Below, piece after piece: positions 13,804-28,393 of a stretch of DNA of 64,000 bases (position 1 is its first letter; each line of letters opens with the position of its first letter). The position numbers and the translations under genes were made by a program. The DNA is from Octopus sinensis (taxonomy: Eukaryota). The notes under the pieces were generated by a model. That model was not told the origin of the DNA, did not search any database, and worked only from the letters and a program-made list of their open reading frames with translations. The stretch lies in contig NC_043011.1 of NCBI RefSeq assembly GCF_006345805.1, forward strand, positions 67,282,464 to 67,346,463, given 5' to 3'.

Positions 13804-14300
13804 GAATTTTATCGATCAATCATGAAATAGAGGTCTCTCACTCTCTCTCTTTCTCTCCCTATCTCTCTCCCTCTCTCATTCTCTACCACCCTCCCTCTCT
13901 CTCTCTCTCTCTTTCTCTTAATCTCCCTCGTTATTCTCTCCTTCGCTCGCCTTCACTCTCTGATAGAAACTTTAATTCCAAAAATTGATGCGATCAAATA
14001 ATGAATGTCAATATAACACTTGCGTCTTTCCTTTGCTTTTTTTTTCCGGTTGGCATGTTCTCTTTCTTGATCGCCTTCCGATAAAATGTCACCAGCCTTA
14101 GATATATCTTTGTAATTCGCTTGATCAAAGCGTTGGTTAATAAAATAGAATATCTATCAAATGTACCGCCTCAAAATACACAGCTCTCCAATGGTACTTC
14201 CCAATTCCCATTTCAATATTAGTTCTAAATCAAAGTGTTATGTCAATACTTTCCGTACAATATCAACACAGAAGAACACAAACTAATATTCATTTTTAAT
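13480..14300 (-). mobile_element. Decayed hAT transposase C-terminal relic, interrupted by microsatellites
   Basis: YFEAVHLI...INQRFDQ (about 14190-14110) followed by LLLVNPVTSAGISEQKCSQAR*LKKCLRSRTSEE*LYSL (about 13710-13580), resembling the hAT dimerisation domain in the expected order. Confidence 0.6.
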
Positions 14301-16779
14301 ATATTTCAAAGCCTGCGTAGAAATTCCAGCCTTTCTCCGTTCATTTGTTTATGACATTTTAGTTGCTTGCTGTGATTCTGACAAACTGTATAGGCCTGAA
14401 TACAAGAGCTGTCCGAGACTTTGTTCTAGTAACAAATTAGATTTCCCATTTGAGCATCGATTCGACCTACATAGCCCCGAACCCGAATTTTTAGTGTAGA
14501 CCTGGTTGCAAAAATAAACATCACTCGAATAGAAGTGAATATTTATTAAGAATCCACTGGATGCTCGTAACTTGCACGGAAAATCTATTTACACTGAAAA
14601 TCAATTTGCTTTAAGACTAATAAATGCATTTTTTCCTCTCACCAAATAAATTCTCCTCTTTTGCTGGACGCCTGTTTAGAGTAACCATATCTTAATTACT
14701 TCTCACCGGCCTTGGCATTATTTTCCATCTTATTTGAGATACATTCGCACTCAGAACTGAACGGTCTGCTTCAAAATACGTTGCTGAGCCTTCCAAACTT
14801 ACTCATTTCAGATTCTTTCGAAACCCAATTGCTTCTTCTCTGACACCATAATTCTACGCAATGACGTAAAACTAGTTTTGGTTTCTATGGTGACTAAAAT
14901 CATTTTTGAAGATTTTGCGTCTGGAATGCAATAAAAATACAGAGAATCATCAATGGTTACACAATATTTGCCGACTCAAACATTACGTAACATGAAAATG
15001 TTGTCTGCATCGTTTTATTCGCCAGCAATAATTAACAAACAGAATATTTGTTGCTATTTTACCAAGAAAATCTCTCATAAGTATATTAGATATTCATTTG
15101 TTTTTCATTTGTCACCCTTTTCAAGCCTAGTTAGGGTCATGGGCCCGGTTTCCGGGTTTCTGTGGCATATGTGTTCCCCCCAGCAGTAACAGGAAGAGAG
15201 CGTGAGAGAAACATGTGGCGACAGAGTACAACAGGGGTCACCACCACCCCTGCCGGAACTTCGTGGAGCTTTTAAGTGTTTTCGCTCAATAAACACACAC
15301 AACGCCCGGTCTGGGAATCGAAACCGCAATCCTCCGACTGCGAGTCCGCTACCCTAACCATTGCGCCTCCTATATTAGGTATACTAGAACAAAATTATTC
15401 TTTGTTGATTGCATCAGTTTATTCGTCAGCAATAATTAAAGACAGATATTGTTATCTACTTCACCAAGTATATCTCTCTAGAACATAATTTAGTGTAGTA
15501 TTACTGGGGTGTCTATTAGTACTAATTTTGCAAAACTGTCCCTGATCGGTGCCACTATAATGCTCTCTCGATTCTGCTATTTTAAACAATAATGATTTTT
15601 TAAACACTCTCATCCACATTTGGTCGACGAATGAATTGCAAATGCCCTGTCATATTTATTATTCAGTTATCTTTTATTTATATTGCATATATTTTGTTCT
15701 TAAAATTTCATTAAGTAATTCTTTAACATTATTCCATTTAGGAATGAACACTTGCAGTTGAATAGCAATGCAGTGACATTCGAAGAAGAAAGCCAAAATC
15801 ATACTGTCGTTATCAATTCTCCGCATGAGTTATTTTAACATGCAAAAACATATTTTCGGGTCGAAAGAATTTATTTACGTTCGAAAGAGTTAACTGACAA
15901 ACTAAATTTAATTGCGATTCTCATAGGAATTTTTTAAAAATAAATATATCATTATTAATAAATCAAATCGATTATCAGGTTTTCTTTCCAGTAGCATTAT
16001 TCCTAATACGAGTGAACTGGAAAGCAAATCAATAATAGTATTCTCTTCTTTCCATGTCACTTATACACAACCAACAAACATTTGTGACAACTAAAACATA
16101 AAATCACTATGAAGTTGGCGAGGTGGCAGAATGCTTAGCACACCAGGCAAAATGCTCAGTGGTGATTCGTCTGCCGCTACGTTCGGATTCCGCCGAGGTC
16201 GACTTTACCTTTCATCCTTTCGGGGTCGATAAATTAAGTACCAGTCAAGTACTAGAGTCGATGTGATCTACCATCCCCCGCCACTCAAAATCCAGGTATT
16301 GTGCCTTCAGTAGGAAGGATTTTTTATCGTATAATTCTCGCACTTGTATGTATGCCGTCATTCTCCATATGTCACCACGTGACACATTGAGCGTCCTAAA
16401 TATAATCCCCGCTAAAAACAATTTTACACTTTACTTTACTCTTTTGAAGCAGCGTACCAAGTTTTTAGTGTGTTCTACACACGACTGCACAATGGTGGGT
16501 CACCTGATCACAGTTTCGATTCCGGGATAGGTTGATGAGTTCTGCTCTTAAGCCATTACCATCTCTGGAATTACTGCTTTTTATTCTTCTTTGGTGCACA
16601 TTGCTAGTGGAGCGGCCATGCTCATATTCTAATGCCAGTAAGAAAAATGGCGTGATCAGACTCAAACTTCGATCACATGACCACAATAGTACCATCTATA
16701 AGCACGCACGCGCAGAATGCAGTGTGGTATTAATAAGGAATTGTTATGGCGAAAGTGTGGATAATTTTTGACTTGCCTT

Positions 16780-17088
16780 TATATGCTGAGCCCCCCTTCG
16801 GTCATGACTGACCATGGGATTGCACCTAGAAAGTTACCTTCCCAGACCAGCAGTCGCCTATGCATACCGGCCTCCCCTCTCTACACCACTGATGTTATCC
16901 AAGGCAAAGGGGCCGATACAGCTTGGCACCTGTGACGTCGCAACTCATTTCTACAGCTGAGTGAACTGGAGCAACGTGAAATAAAGTGTCTTGCTCAAGA
17001 ACACAACACGCAGCCCGGTCCGGGATTCGAGCTCACAACCTCACGATCGTAAGCTCGACGCTCTAACCACTGAGCCATGCACCTTCAC
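16780..17088 (-). mobile_element. tRNA-derived SINE family D
   Basis: Minus strand TGGCTCAGTGGTTAGAGCG A-box and GCTCGAATCCC B-box followed by a distinct body. Confidence 0.75.
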
Positions 17089-17131
17089 ACACAGACACAG
17101 ACACAAACACACAGACACACACACACACACA

Positions 17132-17169
<38 letters not shown>

Positions 17170-17686
17170 TAATGAAAGCGGAATTCTGTATATCCGTCTG
17201 GTACCCTTGTATCTCAATCTACGTTTACCCTACATACACATATTATGTAATCAGAATGATCCCGGTATTGAAGATCTGACCATCATTTGGTTCTTGATTA
17301 TCCAGCAATAGGATCTGATTTAAAAGGATTTGGTTTGCTTTTTCTTGCAGGTAAAACTTAACTGATTCACGTCACCTTCTTTGTCAGATGACGTCAGAGA
17401 TCAAGTAGGAGATGAATTAGGTTGCCTCCGTTGATTTTACCACGCGATAAGAACATTGGGACAAATGCCCAACAGTTGGAATTCAACTTGGGACTGAAAT
17501 AATAGAATGCTTGCATTACAGAATAAATTCTCATTTGTCCTTAACTTCAGATCAAACAACACCGGGGAATATAGTTATTACTATAGTCATGCTATTTAAT
17601 ACTCGTTAGTTTCAGGCTTCTGTCCCAACTTACCCTCCACAGGAGCCACCCCATAATCCGCACACAGAGCGGCTTCTAAACTAGAG

Positions 17687-17737
<51 letters not shown>

Positions 17738-17869
17738 GTAATATTCGTTGCTACTTCAACAGCTGTCCTTTCGAACGGAAAGCCATGTTGAAGTGGCCAC
17801 GAATATTATTTGTCAGTGCAACTACGGCGTTGATTTCTTGGAGAAACTTTTGAGTTAGCATGTTTACTT

Positions 17870-18125
<256 letters not shown>

Positions 18126-18866
18126 ATAATTAAAAGCACAATATAATCCATTACTACTCAGAAAAAGTTCCCTTAATGGATCAGGTTACAAACCGCGCAG
18201 TAAACCGTAACAAAACAACGGACTGTAATCTATAACCTGATGCAGATAAAAATCCAATAAAACCAGAAGGTAACGATTATTTCATTTTGGATGTATAAAA
18301 TATATTACCCCCATACCTCCTCACTTTTTTCATCCATTATACAATATATATAATATATACAATATATGTGTGTGTGCGCGCGCGCGTGTATGTGTGTGTT
18401 TGTGCCCGCTCAAATATGGTAGATTTCCTTTTCTCACATGTATGTCTGTGCTCGAGTGTTTGTATTTACAAGGCATATAAACCAATTCTATGGAAGAATA
18501 TGAATATATGACAGAGAACCATCTGAGTACTTATAATCAGCTATTTTCTGTAAGTATGCAACTTACATTAAGTGAAATTCCTGCAAAACAACAGCATCTA
18601 TGTAATATTTTCCTACATTTTATTATAACGAAGAGAGAAGAAGTGAATTCGTTGAGTAAATATTTATTCACCTGCTTCTATATTCCAGAATGGACAATCG
18701 GCTTTTTGTGTTTGTTCTTCATGTTGATATCTCTCTTTTTTTCTGTATCTGTCTGTCTCTCAGTCCTCCTCCTCCTCCTCTCTCTTTCCTGTGCGCGCGC
18801 ACACACATACTCCTATAGTTTATAGAAGAGAGACAGATATTCTCCGTATACGCACACACATACATA

Positions 18867-18908
<42 letters not shown>

Positions 18909-19105
18909 CTCTTTTACTGTTTTACTCTTTTACTTGTTTCAGTCATTTGACTGTGGCCATGCTGGAGCACTGCCTTTAGTCGCGCAAATCGACCTCAGGA
19001 CTTATTCTTTTGCCGAACCGCTATGTTACGGGGACGTAAACACACCACCATCGGTTGTCAGGTGATGTTGGAGGGACAAACACAGACACACAAACACATA
19101 CACAC

Positions 19106-19154
<49 letters not shown>

Positions 19155-19439
19155 TATATACGGCGTGCTTCTTTCAGTTACCGTCAACCAAATCCACTCA
19201 CAAGGCTTTGGTCGGCCCGAGGCTATATTAGAAGACACTTGCCCGAGGTGTTATGCATTGGGACTGAATCCGGAAACATGGGTTTCGTAAGCGAGCTACT
19301 TTATTTCATAAAATTTGTCATCATAGACAGTACAAAGATTGTGTAGCTTTGCGGGCTGGACAAACACATTAATGAATGAAAATGAAATAGAATGAATAAA
19401 TGAGAGACGAAAACCAACACCCGCCGATTGGATTTTTCT

Positions 19440-20960
19440 CAAAAGTATATTTTCTTTTTTTAAAAATCAATATGAGCTTTCAAATCTCTTACAAGAAGGA
19501 GGCACTAAAACCTCTTACTTAACATGTCTTTTTTTTTAAACACACAATTGAGGTTATAAACCACTACAAATAATACAATAAGATGAGGTTTCAAACCCTA
19601 TAACGAGGGTCTTTCACCTCCTACTCTTCGATATATCCATCGATATATTCCTCATTATCATCAATGCAGCATGAGTTCCTGTATCCCGCCATTTCCCATG
19701 CCTCGCTCATGTAGGACATGTAAGTCGTGTAAGGGCCACCCGGCCATATGCGACATTCTTCCCCAAATCCTTTAAGCCTTTCCCACAAGGGAAACCTTAT
19801 GACCGCCACAGCTATCTGCGGAGGCCATTCGGGATCCCGTGTGAAGGGCATATCTACTGTCTCTTTATGTTGTTCTACTATTTTTTCCACCTTCCCGCCC
19901 TTATAGAAAAGGATAATTAATTGATCACCTTTCAGGGTGCAGGTGGTTTCTCCCACCGTGGGTGGCACAATTTCGGGACATGCAGACGGCACATCATCTC
20001 CCCGCTGAGATTACCCGTTCTTCTTCCTTCTTTTTTTTCTTTTCTTCCTGACTTGGGAGAGTGGAGCTCTTCCGCTTTGTCCGAAGGCTCTCCCCCGCCT
20101 CCCGAAGACTTAGGTTCCTTCGGCGGGCAACTATTGTTGTCCGCCTTCTTCCTTTTTAATCCTTTTTGAGTTGAGGAGGCTGAAGTCTCCTCGACCACAT
20201 CCTCCTCTCCCTTTGACCAGGTAGGGGATGGGGCATCTAGTGACTGTTCCAGGGCCTTACCATTGTCCTGGGGGCAGTTCCTTTTAATGTTGCCTTGCTG
20301 CAGGCACGAGAGGCACTTGGGGAGACGTCCCTCAAGTATCACCGGATACATGCAGCCAGCCATTTCCAAGAAATCTGGAATAACCAGATCTGCTGCGACC
20401 GATGGGGTCCACAGGGTCAGAATTGCTTTTGGCCCTTCTCAATCGACCTCCGGCAATACCCTTACATTTAAGAGCCTGGGTCCGCCATCCCCACTCCCCG
20501 TCGGATGGTATCTTCAATCCAATCCGCTTCGGTGCCTGGGGGTAACCCACATACCCAGACCCGTATTAATTTTCTTCTACAATATGACGGAAGGAAAGAA
20601 TTTCCTTGCTTTCTAAAGGCTGACTCGCAAACTGGCGAGCCTTTTCTCGTTGGCAAACAGCAACCATATGGTTGCATGTTTGACACAACGGGATATATAT
20701 TTTAAAGAGGACAAATATCCTTTAAGTTCAATTTTTATGACATGTTTTGGGAAGACGGAGATGGAATTAAGAACTTTAGAATAAGTTCTAAGTAACATCG
20801 TCTTCTCCTCCATATCTTTTAACCACTGCTTACGCAGTTTAATTTCCCACTCTAAGACAGAGTTTTTCTTTTTACGTTCCTTCTCTGCCATGTCAAAAAA
20901 CAGTTCAAAAGTAGTTGAAAAGACAGTCTGCCAAAAAATTAAACCGTATAAAAATAAAAC
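19440..20960 (-). mobile_element. L1/Tx1-like ORF1 (RRM-like + zinc knuckle) element with no ORF2
   Basis: Frameshifted pieces 20891-19621: IRVWVCGLPPG (RNP-like), CLSCLQQGNIKRNCP (degenerate CCHC), Lys/Pro-rich linker, C-terminal domain; about 180 nt 3' region ending A-rich; no EN/RT nearby. Confidence 0.65.
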
Positions 20961-21039
20961 AAAATAAAAGAGATGGGGAGGAAACTAAAATTAAAGTATT
21001 GAAAAGAATGAACCAAAATTTAGAAAGAAAGAAATAATA

Positions 21040-21335
21040 TATGTGTGTGTATGTATGTGTGTGTGTTTATGTGTCTGTGTTTGTCTCCCTAACATCACTT
21101 GACAACCGGTGCTAGTGTGTTTACGTCTCCGTACAATAGCTGTTCGGCCAAAGAGACCGATAAAATAAGTACTAGTCTTACAAAGAATAAGTTCTAAGGT
21201 TTATTTGCGCGATTAAACGCGGTGCTCTAGCGTGGCCGTATTCAAATGCCTGAAAGAAGTAAAATCATATAAATTTACGTGTATGTGTGCGTGCGTGTGT
21301 CCGCGCATGTGTGTGTGAACATATATATATATATT

Positions 21336-21369
<34 letters not shown>

Positions 21370-21446
21370 GATCTATCTCTCTCTCTCTCTATCTATCTCT
21401 CTATCTATCTCTATACCTATCTATCTATCTGTCTGTCTGTCTGTCG

Positions 21447-21492
<46 letters not shown>

Positions 21493-22090
21493 GCACATAC
21501 TTAATATGTATAGAAACTATTTGTTCTAGAAGTTATACCTTAAATATTTTTTAACATACTGGATAATCTCGTGTTGCAGGAACTCGACTGATGAAATAGT
21601 AATATAAGACCAGATGACCGCAGCTTGATAGCTTTTATCAGAAAACTGCTAAAATAATTCATAAGGCTTTGGAATTTCGATGGATCTCACTCGTTATAGA
21701 TAAAATGCAAATGAAACGGATTATCAAAATTGTGTTTGAGACGAAATAACATTCGGTACTTCGTTGCATGTTTTCAGCTTCGCACGGACGAATTTGCCTT
21801 TCATCTTTCCATTTCACTAAAGTAAGATATCACTTAAATAATGGCGTCGATTTAATGGACTATGTTTTCTTAAAAATCTTTAACGCTCCATGAAGTTTAG
21901 CTATCAATAAATGATTCTAGATTCAGTGTAAACCGTTAATCGAGATACGAAAAAATTAAGCATAAAATGACGAATGCACACACACAGACATACACACACA
22001 CGCATAGACATATGAGAACACACAGACGAACACTTGTATACGTGCATATACACATGCATCCATATGTATCTATTATCTCTCTTTATATCT
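21040..22090 (+). repeat. 1.05-kb duplicated segment, copy 1 (inverted relative to copies 2 and 3)
   Basis: Near-identical to the reverse complement of 30370-31385 and 31425-32415, including SINE pieces, (TCTA)n and unique DNA. Confidence 0.92.
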
Positions 22091-22433
22091 TGAATATAAA
22101 TTCAAGCAGCACACCGACCCTGATTTTACAACAAGCCAAAAAGCTACTTACACATCTATAACAGACATGCTGGTTCCGTCGCTAGATGGTGGTAAAGATT
22201 CGTTCCACTCTGCTCGCTAAATATCGTATGCAGCTGTGAATTGTTAACCAGCTAATAGAGACGACGTCTTCACGTTAAAAAATTGCAGTAGAGTCCATTC
22301 GAACAGCCATGTTGAAATGGTTACGAACAATCCTCCTCCTCCTCCTCTCTCACTTTCTTGTGCGCGCGCTCACACACATCCCTGTAGTTTATAGAAGAGA
22401 GAGTTATTCTCCGTATACTCACACACATATATA

Positions 22434-22515
<82 letters not shown>

Positions 22516-23336
22516 ATAATGATGCGCACTCTTAACCTTTCTCTCCCCCTCTCTTTCTCAGCCTTCATTCTTTTGGCTTTCCTTTTCTTCTACCTTACTG
22601 TCTCTCCCTCTCTCTCATTCTTCATTCTTTTCTCTACAACCATTCCCTTTTTTTCTCTCCCTTTCTCTTACTCCTCCTCCTCCCTCTCGTCACGGACACG
22701 TGATGAAAAGGCTACTACTGTCTTTCTTCTCCTGGCTACCTTTAAGTAGAGACGGCCAACCTGTTGCTCCCTCGCCGTTCTCAAAATATAGCGTTCGTAA
22801 AATATTTTATCTCGTTCGGCTTAACAGCCCTTCTTGTTTGTGTTACTGTTATTCTCCTTGTCCTGTCTTTTACTGTTTATATTTTGTACTGTCGTTACTG
22901 TCCTGTTTTTGTTACCATTTTTACCCCTCCGCAAAAAAATCTCTAATTTTATTTAATTTGATTTTCGCGGGAAGGAAAGTTTCATTAAAGTCATGTATCG
23001 CCTGACCTTCGAAACGTGGAGTAGATGAAACAAAGGCGACTGAAGAAGGGGAATTTTCCTTGTTTTGTATGTCCTGTACTCTATTTTTTTGTTGTTTAAA
23101 AAAAAAAGTCCATTTCCTTGTTTTGTGTTTATGTTTTCGTTTCTCATTGTGTTCGAGGTTTTTTTTTTGGTGTCCTGTACCCATATATGCATGTATATAT
23201 ACATGTAGAGGTAGGTACGTACATATATATATGTATATATGCATATGATTTATTTATTTATTAATTTATTATATGACGGAACCCACGCACCATTTCTAAG
23301 TAAGATTGTTCTTAATATATATATATATATATATTA

Positions 23337-23367
<31 letters not shown>

Positions 23368-23378
23368 TATATATATTA

Positions 23379-23444
<66 letters not shown>

Positions 23445-23448
<4 letters not shown>

Positions 23449-24452
23449 TCAATTTAGGGTAGCAAAAAAATTCAATAGAAATTTATCGCAACCAGCGGCC
23501 TGGTGAAAAAGAGAAAATAGTCATCGACTAAATATATAAATATAACGATTTAGGAGTGACCCCAACAGGTCACTCGTCCACCAGAAAGAGCAGCCATAAC
23601 ATACACCCGCAAGTATTATTAATTCAGAAATTAGGTGAAAATTTAAAAACATTTACCCTAATTCATCTTTTAGACGTTGCAACGTTTTCTGTGTCATTAA
23701 TGATTAAATTAGCTTAATTAAATTAAATTAAGCCAATCTACCATAGGTTACACTTCATCAATACTGATGAAGTGTAACCTATGGTAGATTGGCTTATTTA
23801 ATTTAATTAAGCTAATTTAATCATTATGACACAGAAACGTTGCAACGTCTAAAAGATGAATTAGGGTAATGTTTTTAAATTTTCACCTAATTTCTGAATT
23901 AATAATACTTGGCGTGTGAGTTATGGCTGCTCTTTCTGGTGGACGAGTGACCTGTTGGGGTCACTCCTAAATCGTTATATTTATATATTTAGTCGATGAC
24001 TATTTTCTCTTTTTCACCAGGCCGCTGGTTGCGATAAATTTCTATTGAATTTTTTTGCTACCCTAATTGACTAATTGATAATTTTCTGAATAATTCTGAG
24101 ATTGAATCGGCAGTTTATATTTACTGTTGATAAGTTTGGCGCGAATACGTCAGTCTTGAAAATTTTAAGTCAGATATCCCGTAGGCTTCGATACAGACGC
24201 CTCGTGTATATTTGTCTCTCCCAGGTCTTTACTGATGAAGTGTAACCTATGGTAGATTGGCTTAATTTAATTTAATTAAGCTAATTTAATCATTAATGAC
24301 ACAGAAACGTTGCAACGTCTAAAAGATGAATTAGGGTAAATGTTTTTAAATTTTCACCTAATTTCTGAATTAATAATACTTGGCGGTGTGAGTTATGGCT
24401 GCTCTTTCTGGTGGACGAGTGACCTGTTGGGGTCACTCCTAAATCGTTATAT
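23445..24452. mobile_element. Family H3: 630-bp palindrome (23445-24074) centred at a hammerhead core, continuing as an about 470-bp head-to-tail repeat
   Basis: Arms near-identical around CTTCATCA-ATAC-TGATGAAG (23753-23772); 23764-23985 recurs at 24232-24452; (TA)n on both flanks. Confidence 0.88.
24226..24326 (+). ncRNA. Type I hammerhead-like motif (H3)
   Basis: TCTTTA-CTGATGA-AGTGT...ACACA-GAAA-CGTTGCAACG-TC^TAAAAGA; 12-nt palindromic stem III, GUC site; first pair of stem II is an A-A mismatch. Confidence 0.6.
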
Positions 24453-24471
24453 ATATATATATATATATTAA

Positions 24472-24772
24472 TACCATTCTATTGTGTCTAGGGAGAGTCA
24501 TTTTCTTTTTGTGCCTTATAATGTAACACACTCACCGGTAAAATTCCCACTTATTTCATATTTTTATTTTTCTAAAATTTTCGTTGCATCTGGCAACCTT
24601 TTCAATAGTCTTGAAAGAGTCAAGACTATTGAAAAGGTTGCAAGACGCAACGAAGACGCTAGAAAAATTTTAGGAAAATAAAAATACTAAATAAGTGGAA
24701 ATTTTACCGGTGAGTGTGTTACATTATGAGGCACAAAAAGAAAATGACTCTCCTCAGACGCAATAGAATATG
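24472..24772. mobile_element. Palindromic MITE (about 300 bp fold-back)
   Basis: Arms of about 145 bp are reverse complements around CTTGAAAGAGTCAAG (about 24610-24625). Confidence 0.85.
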
Positions 24773-25333
24773 CTTCAACACACGAACTCATATAAAGAAT
24801 CTTGCAAACCAAATCCAAAAGCGAAATATTAATACCATATTAAACAACTATTGCGATCATCTCTTAGAGAGATTTTACAACTAACGTTTTAGCTTATATA
24901 TATATTTATCACGGAAAATCATTCCGCCTTGCTATCCGTTGAATTAAGTTTTATGCCTACATGTTATATGCAGCTGGAGAATACAAGTGCGACCGGAAAT
25001 GCAGGGCATCAAGTGCAACTATATTACAGCTGTATTATAAAGGTTTAGCAAATATAGGACAACTTTACCACAACGTTGTACGACCGTAATACAAACAATG
25101 TGCAACTGTAGTGAAACAGTGTTGCAACTGTAATTGGTTTTTGCATTATGATAACATGCCTGGTCCTACAATCCTAAAGATGTTGCTGTTTGTGACAAAG
25201 TACAACGTTGCGGAAGGAATGCCGTTTCGTGACGTGAGAGGAAATTGAAATAGAATCACGGTTTTACGAAACTTTTAGAAGGAGGACTTCAACCATGATT
25301 CTAAAGTTGGCACCACACTCCAGTATCGGAGTA

Positions 25334-25514
25334 TATGATGTGTGCTGAAAAGTTCCTGGATGTAAGGGTTTCGAAATGCCTGGTTGGAAAAGGCTTAAGA
25401 AAACTGAAGAACTGTGTGTAAATCTATGAAGCGGATATGTTGAATAACATAGTAATTAACTGATCCTCTTGTATTTTCTTCTAACCGAAGCCAGGAACTT
25501 CTCATCACACCCTG
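25334..25514. mobile_element. Mariner/Tc1-derived MITE
   Basis: Imperfect TIRs GTGCTGAAAAGTTCCTGG ... CCAGGAACTTCTCATCAC; a related single end at about 13215-13237. Confidence 0.55.
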
Positions 25515-27771
25515 TGCGTCATGGTATATCTGTATATGTGAGTATGCGTGCGTGTGTGAGGTACATCTCAAAATTCCGAATGGAATGACACCCGATTATA
25601 AATAATTTATTAACTCACTGTTGCCGTATTTTCTCAATGTCTCCTCCAAAAACCTTCCGAACAACATAGTAGTACGTATTAATATAAGTTACTCTCTTAT
25701 ACATGTAATAATAAATGTTCTTCTCGTTCTTGATGACGTCATATTATTACAAAAACGTATCCGAATTTACCTTCCTTACTTGTGGATATAATTTCCATGG
25801 CGCTAATCATTGACTAATATTGATATTTCCTCACCATATAATTGATTTCAGTTTGGTTTAGATTTTTAAACCGCTTCCATAACATAGGCAATGATATTCA
25901 TGTATATGGTAACGATGATTGCTTAGCTTCTCAACGAGATATATGTTATTGTTCTGCTCACTAGTACAATGATATTCGAAGAGAAATAACATATAAATTC
26001 AAATATATCACAGAGCAAAAGCGTTCAGAATAACAAGTCCAGGAAAAAGCAAACTAATTTGGTTTAATACTCACTTTAGCATGAATTGTAATAAGCAATA
26101 GAGTCAGAATGTTCTTAGCGGCCATAGAATATATCGCCATTAACTTAAAGTACAACAAGTTGTTCAATAAAATCTTCTTGAAACTTATCTCTAGTTGTAT
26201 GAAAAACAACGTCGTGTTGATAGCTCGCAGCATTTGTTGCTAAATGAATATATAGGAACAAACTGTACGCAAGACCAGTTTTCGACTGCAGCTAATCAAA
26301 TATCCTGTTTGCTCAATGGCAAGTTTTTGATTTGTGCAACTATCGGAAGAATTAAGAGAATGAGAGGTAGAGAGCGGGAGAGAAAGAGTAGGAGAAAAAG
26401 ATATAAAACTGGTTGAAATGTAGACACTCATAACACATCTACTCTTTCAGAAGATTCTGTATCACTATTTCTGCTGATTGAGTAGAAAATAATGGATTTC
26501 ACAGCTCGTTGATATGTCGGTCTGTAACTCTGCAACAACTTATGAGCCGAAATTAAAATATTGATTCTGTTCGCCAATAGGTAAATACAAGGAGCTTTTC
26601 CAAGAAAAGTCAGAATTAGTATCATGTAGAAAGGACCATTGTGCAACTATTTAACAAATACCATTCCAATATATACGGTAAACTATTTTTTGTTATTGAG
26701 GAGATTTTTCCAGAAGAATCTGTATCCGCTCCAGAAACTCCGTAATCCTATGAAAACATGGAAATAAATCAGGTCCACGATGCACTCGCATAACACACTC
26801 AACGCAAAGATTAAAGTAAAAAACAAATGATGCCGCAACAAGCATAAATCAGGTGTAACACAGAAACAGTTATACGCCTTCAGAAGTCATATAATACGTA
26901 CAAACCTGGAACAGGCGTAAAGCTTAATTTTGTTTTATATAATGTTACTAATTCGGTTTCTCTTCTGGTTTATAGAGATTTCATTTCTATGTCGCCTCTT
27001 CGGAGAATGTACTTTCATTTCTCATTCGATAAATATTATATGATGTTTTTATTTTTATTTTCCTACGAAGACAAACATAATTTAACTCTAGGATTCTATT
27101 TCGAAAGTATTTGATACTTCAATAATCAGAATATGTAATACACCCAGTTAGATATTTGACTGTTTGTAAGTAAAATGTTTATAGTTAACATATTATTTCA
27201 GTCTGACATGCAATTCAAGTTAGGCGGTGAGCTAGAAGAGTCGTTACCACGCCAGGCCAAACGTTTTGAATCATTTCGTCCGTCTTTACGTTGTGAGTTC
27301 ATATTCCACCAAGGTTGTCTTTTCTTTTTGTCCTTTCGGGGTCAACCAAAATTTGAATGATTTCAAATTTTGTCACAGGGTCAGTAGTTTCATTGCTGTT
27401 AATTTAAACCTGAATGTAATCTAAATTCGGCATTATTTTAAATAAAAGAAAAACTGGAGCCATTCATAATATTGTATTGAATAAGATTCATTGGGAGGTA
27501 CAAGTGTGGTTGTATGATTAAAACGCTTGCTTCAGAACCATGGGGCCTTGGATACATTCCAACAGCGCAGCCTCTTCAGCAAGAGACTTCTACTGTAACG
27601 GCGATGTCGACGAATACCTGGGCGTGGATTTTGTAGACGGAAGCTTAATTGAAGCCTGTCGTATATAGATATGTATGTGTACACGTGCGTGCGTGCGGAT
27701 GTGTGTGCGCATGAGTGTATGCGCATATGTGTGCATATGTTTCTGTGAGCCTTGTTGTTGTTGTGTGTGTT

Positions 27772-27825
<54 letters not shown>

Positions 27826-28298
27826 CCTGTGTTTCTGTGAGTACGTGAGCATCGTTGTGCTTGTCTCCAGCCACCGCTTGACAACTGAGATTAGTTTTTT
27901 TCACATCCCTGTAACCTAAAATGAGTACCAGGCTTAGAAAAATAGTACGATGGTACATTGCTTCAACAATACCCATCAACACAGGACCCCAGCATGGCCC
28001 TAATTCTGTAGCTGCACTAAGTAAACGTAAATCTTACAATGACAACAACACTGAAACAATACAAACCAAATCGCAGACATTGAAAACGACAAGCCCTTTC
28101 GGCATTCGTTCAATGAACGTCAAATATTACAAATCCCAAGACAATCTCCTTAATAGAATTCTATGACTTAAAATATCTAAAAATAATTTGTATACAAATA
28201 TAGAAGGATAAAGAAAACTTTATAGGATCGTTAGGTGGTGGTATTCATGTAAATGGCCTGCTGGTGCTTTTCATAAACTTCTCCAGATAATCGGATAG

Positions 28299-28393
<95 letters not shown>

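Noticed and set aside
14802-14920. Minus-strand acceptor and GTAAGT donor pair as an exon
   Set aside because: All three frames contain stops before the donor and it adjoins a decayed hAT relic.
16990-17088. tRNA-like heads here and at 42648 and 60700 as tRNA genes
   Set aside because: A and B boxes run directly into SINE bodies; no acceptor stem or terminator T-run.
21585-21660. CTGATGA...GAAA in the triplicated segment as a hammerhead
   Set aside because: No stems I-III can be formed around the core words.
18770-22470. Homology between about 18770-18900 and 22330-22470 as a conserved element
   Set aside because: Short and largely simple-repeat; better explained as an old local duplication or unrecognised repeat fragment.
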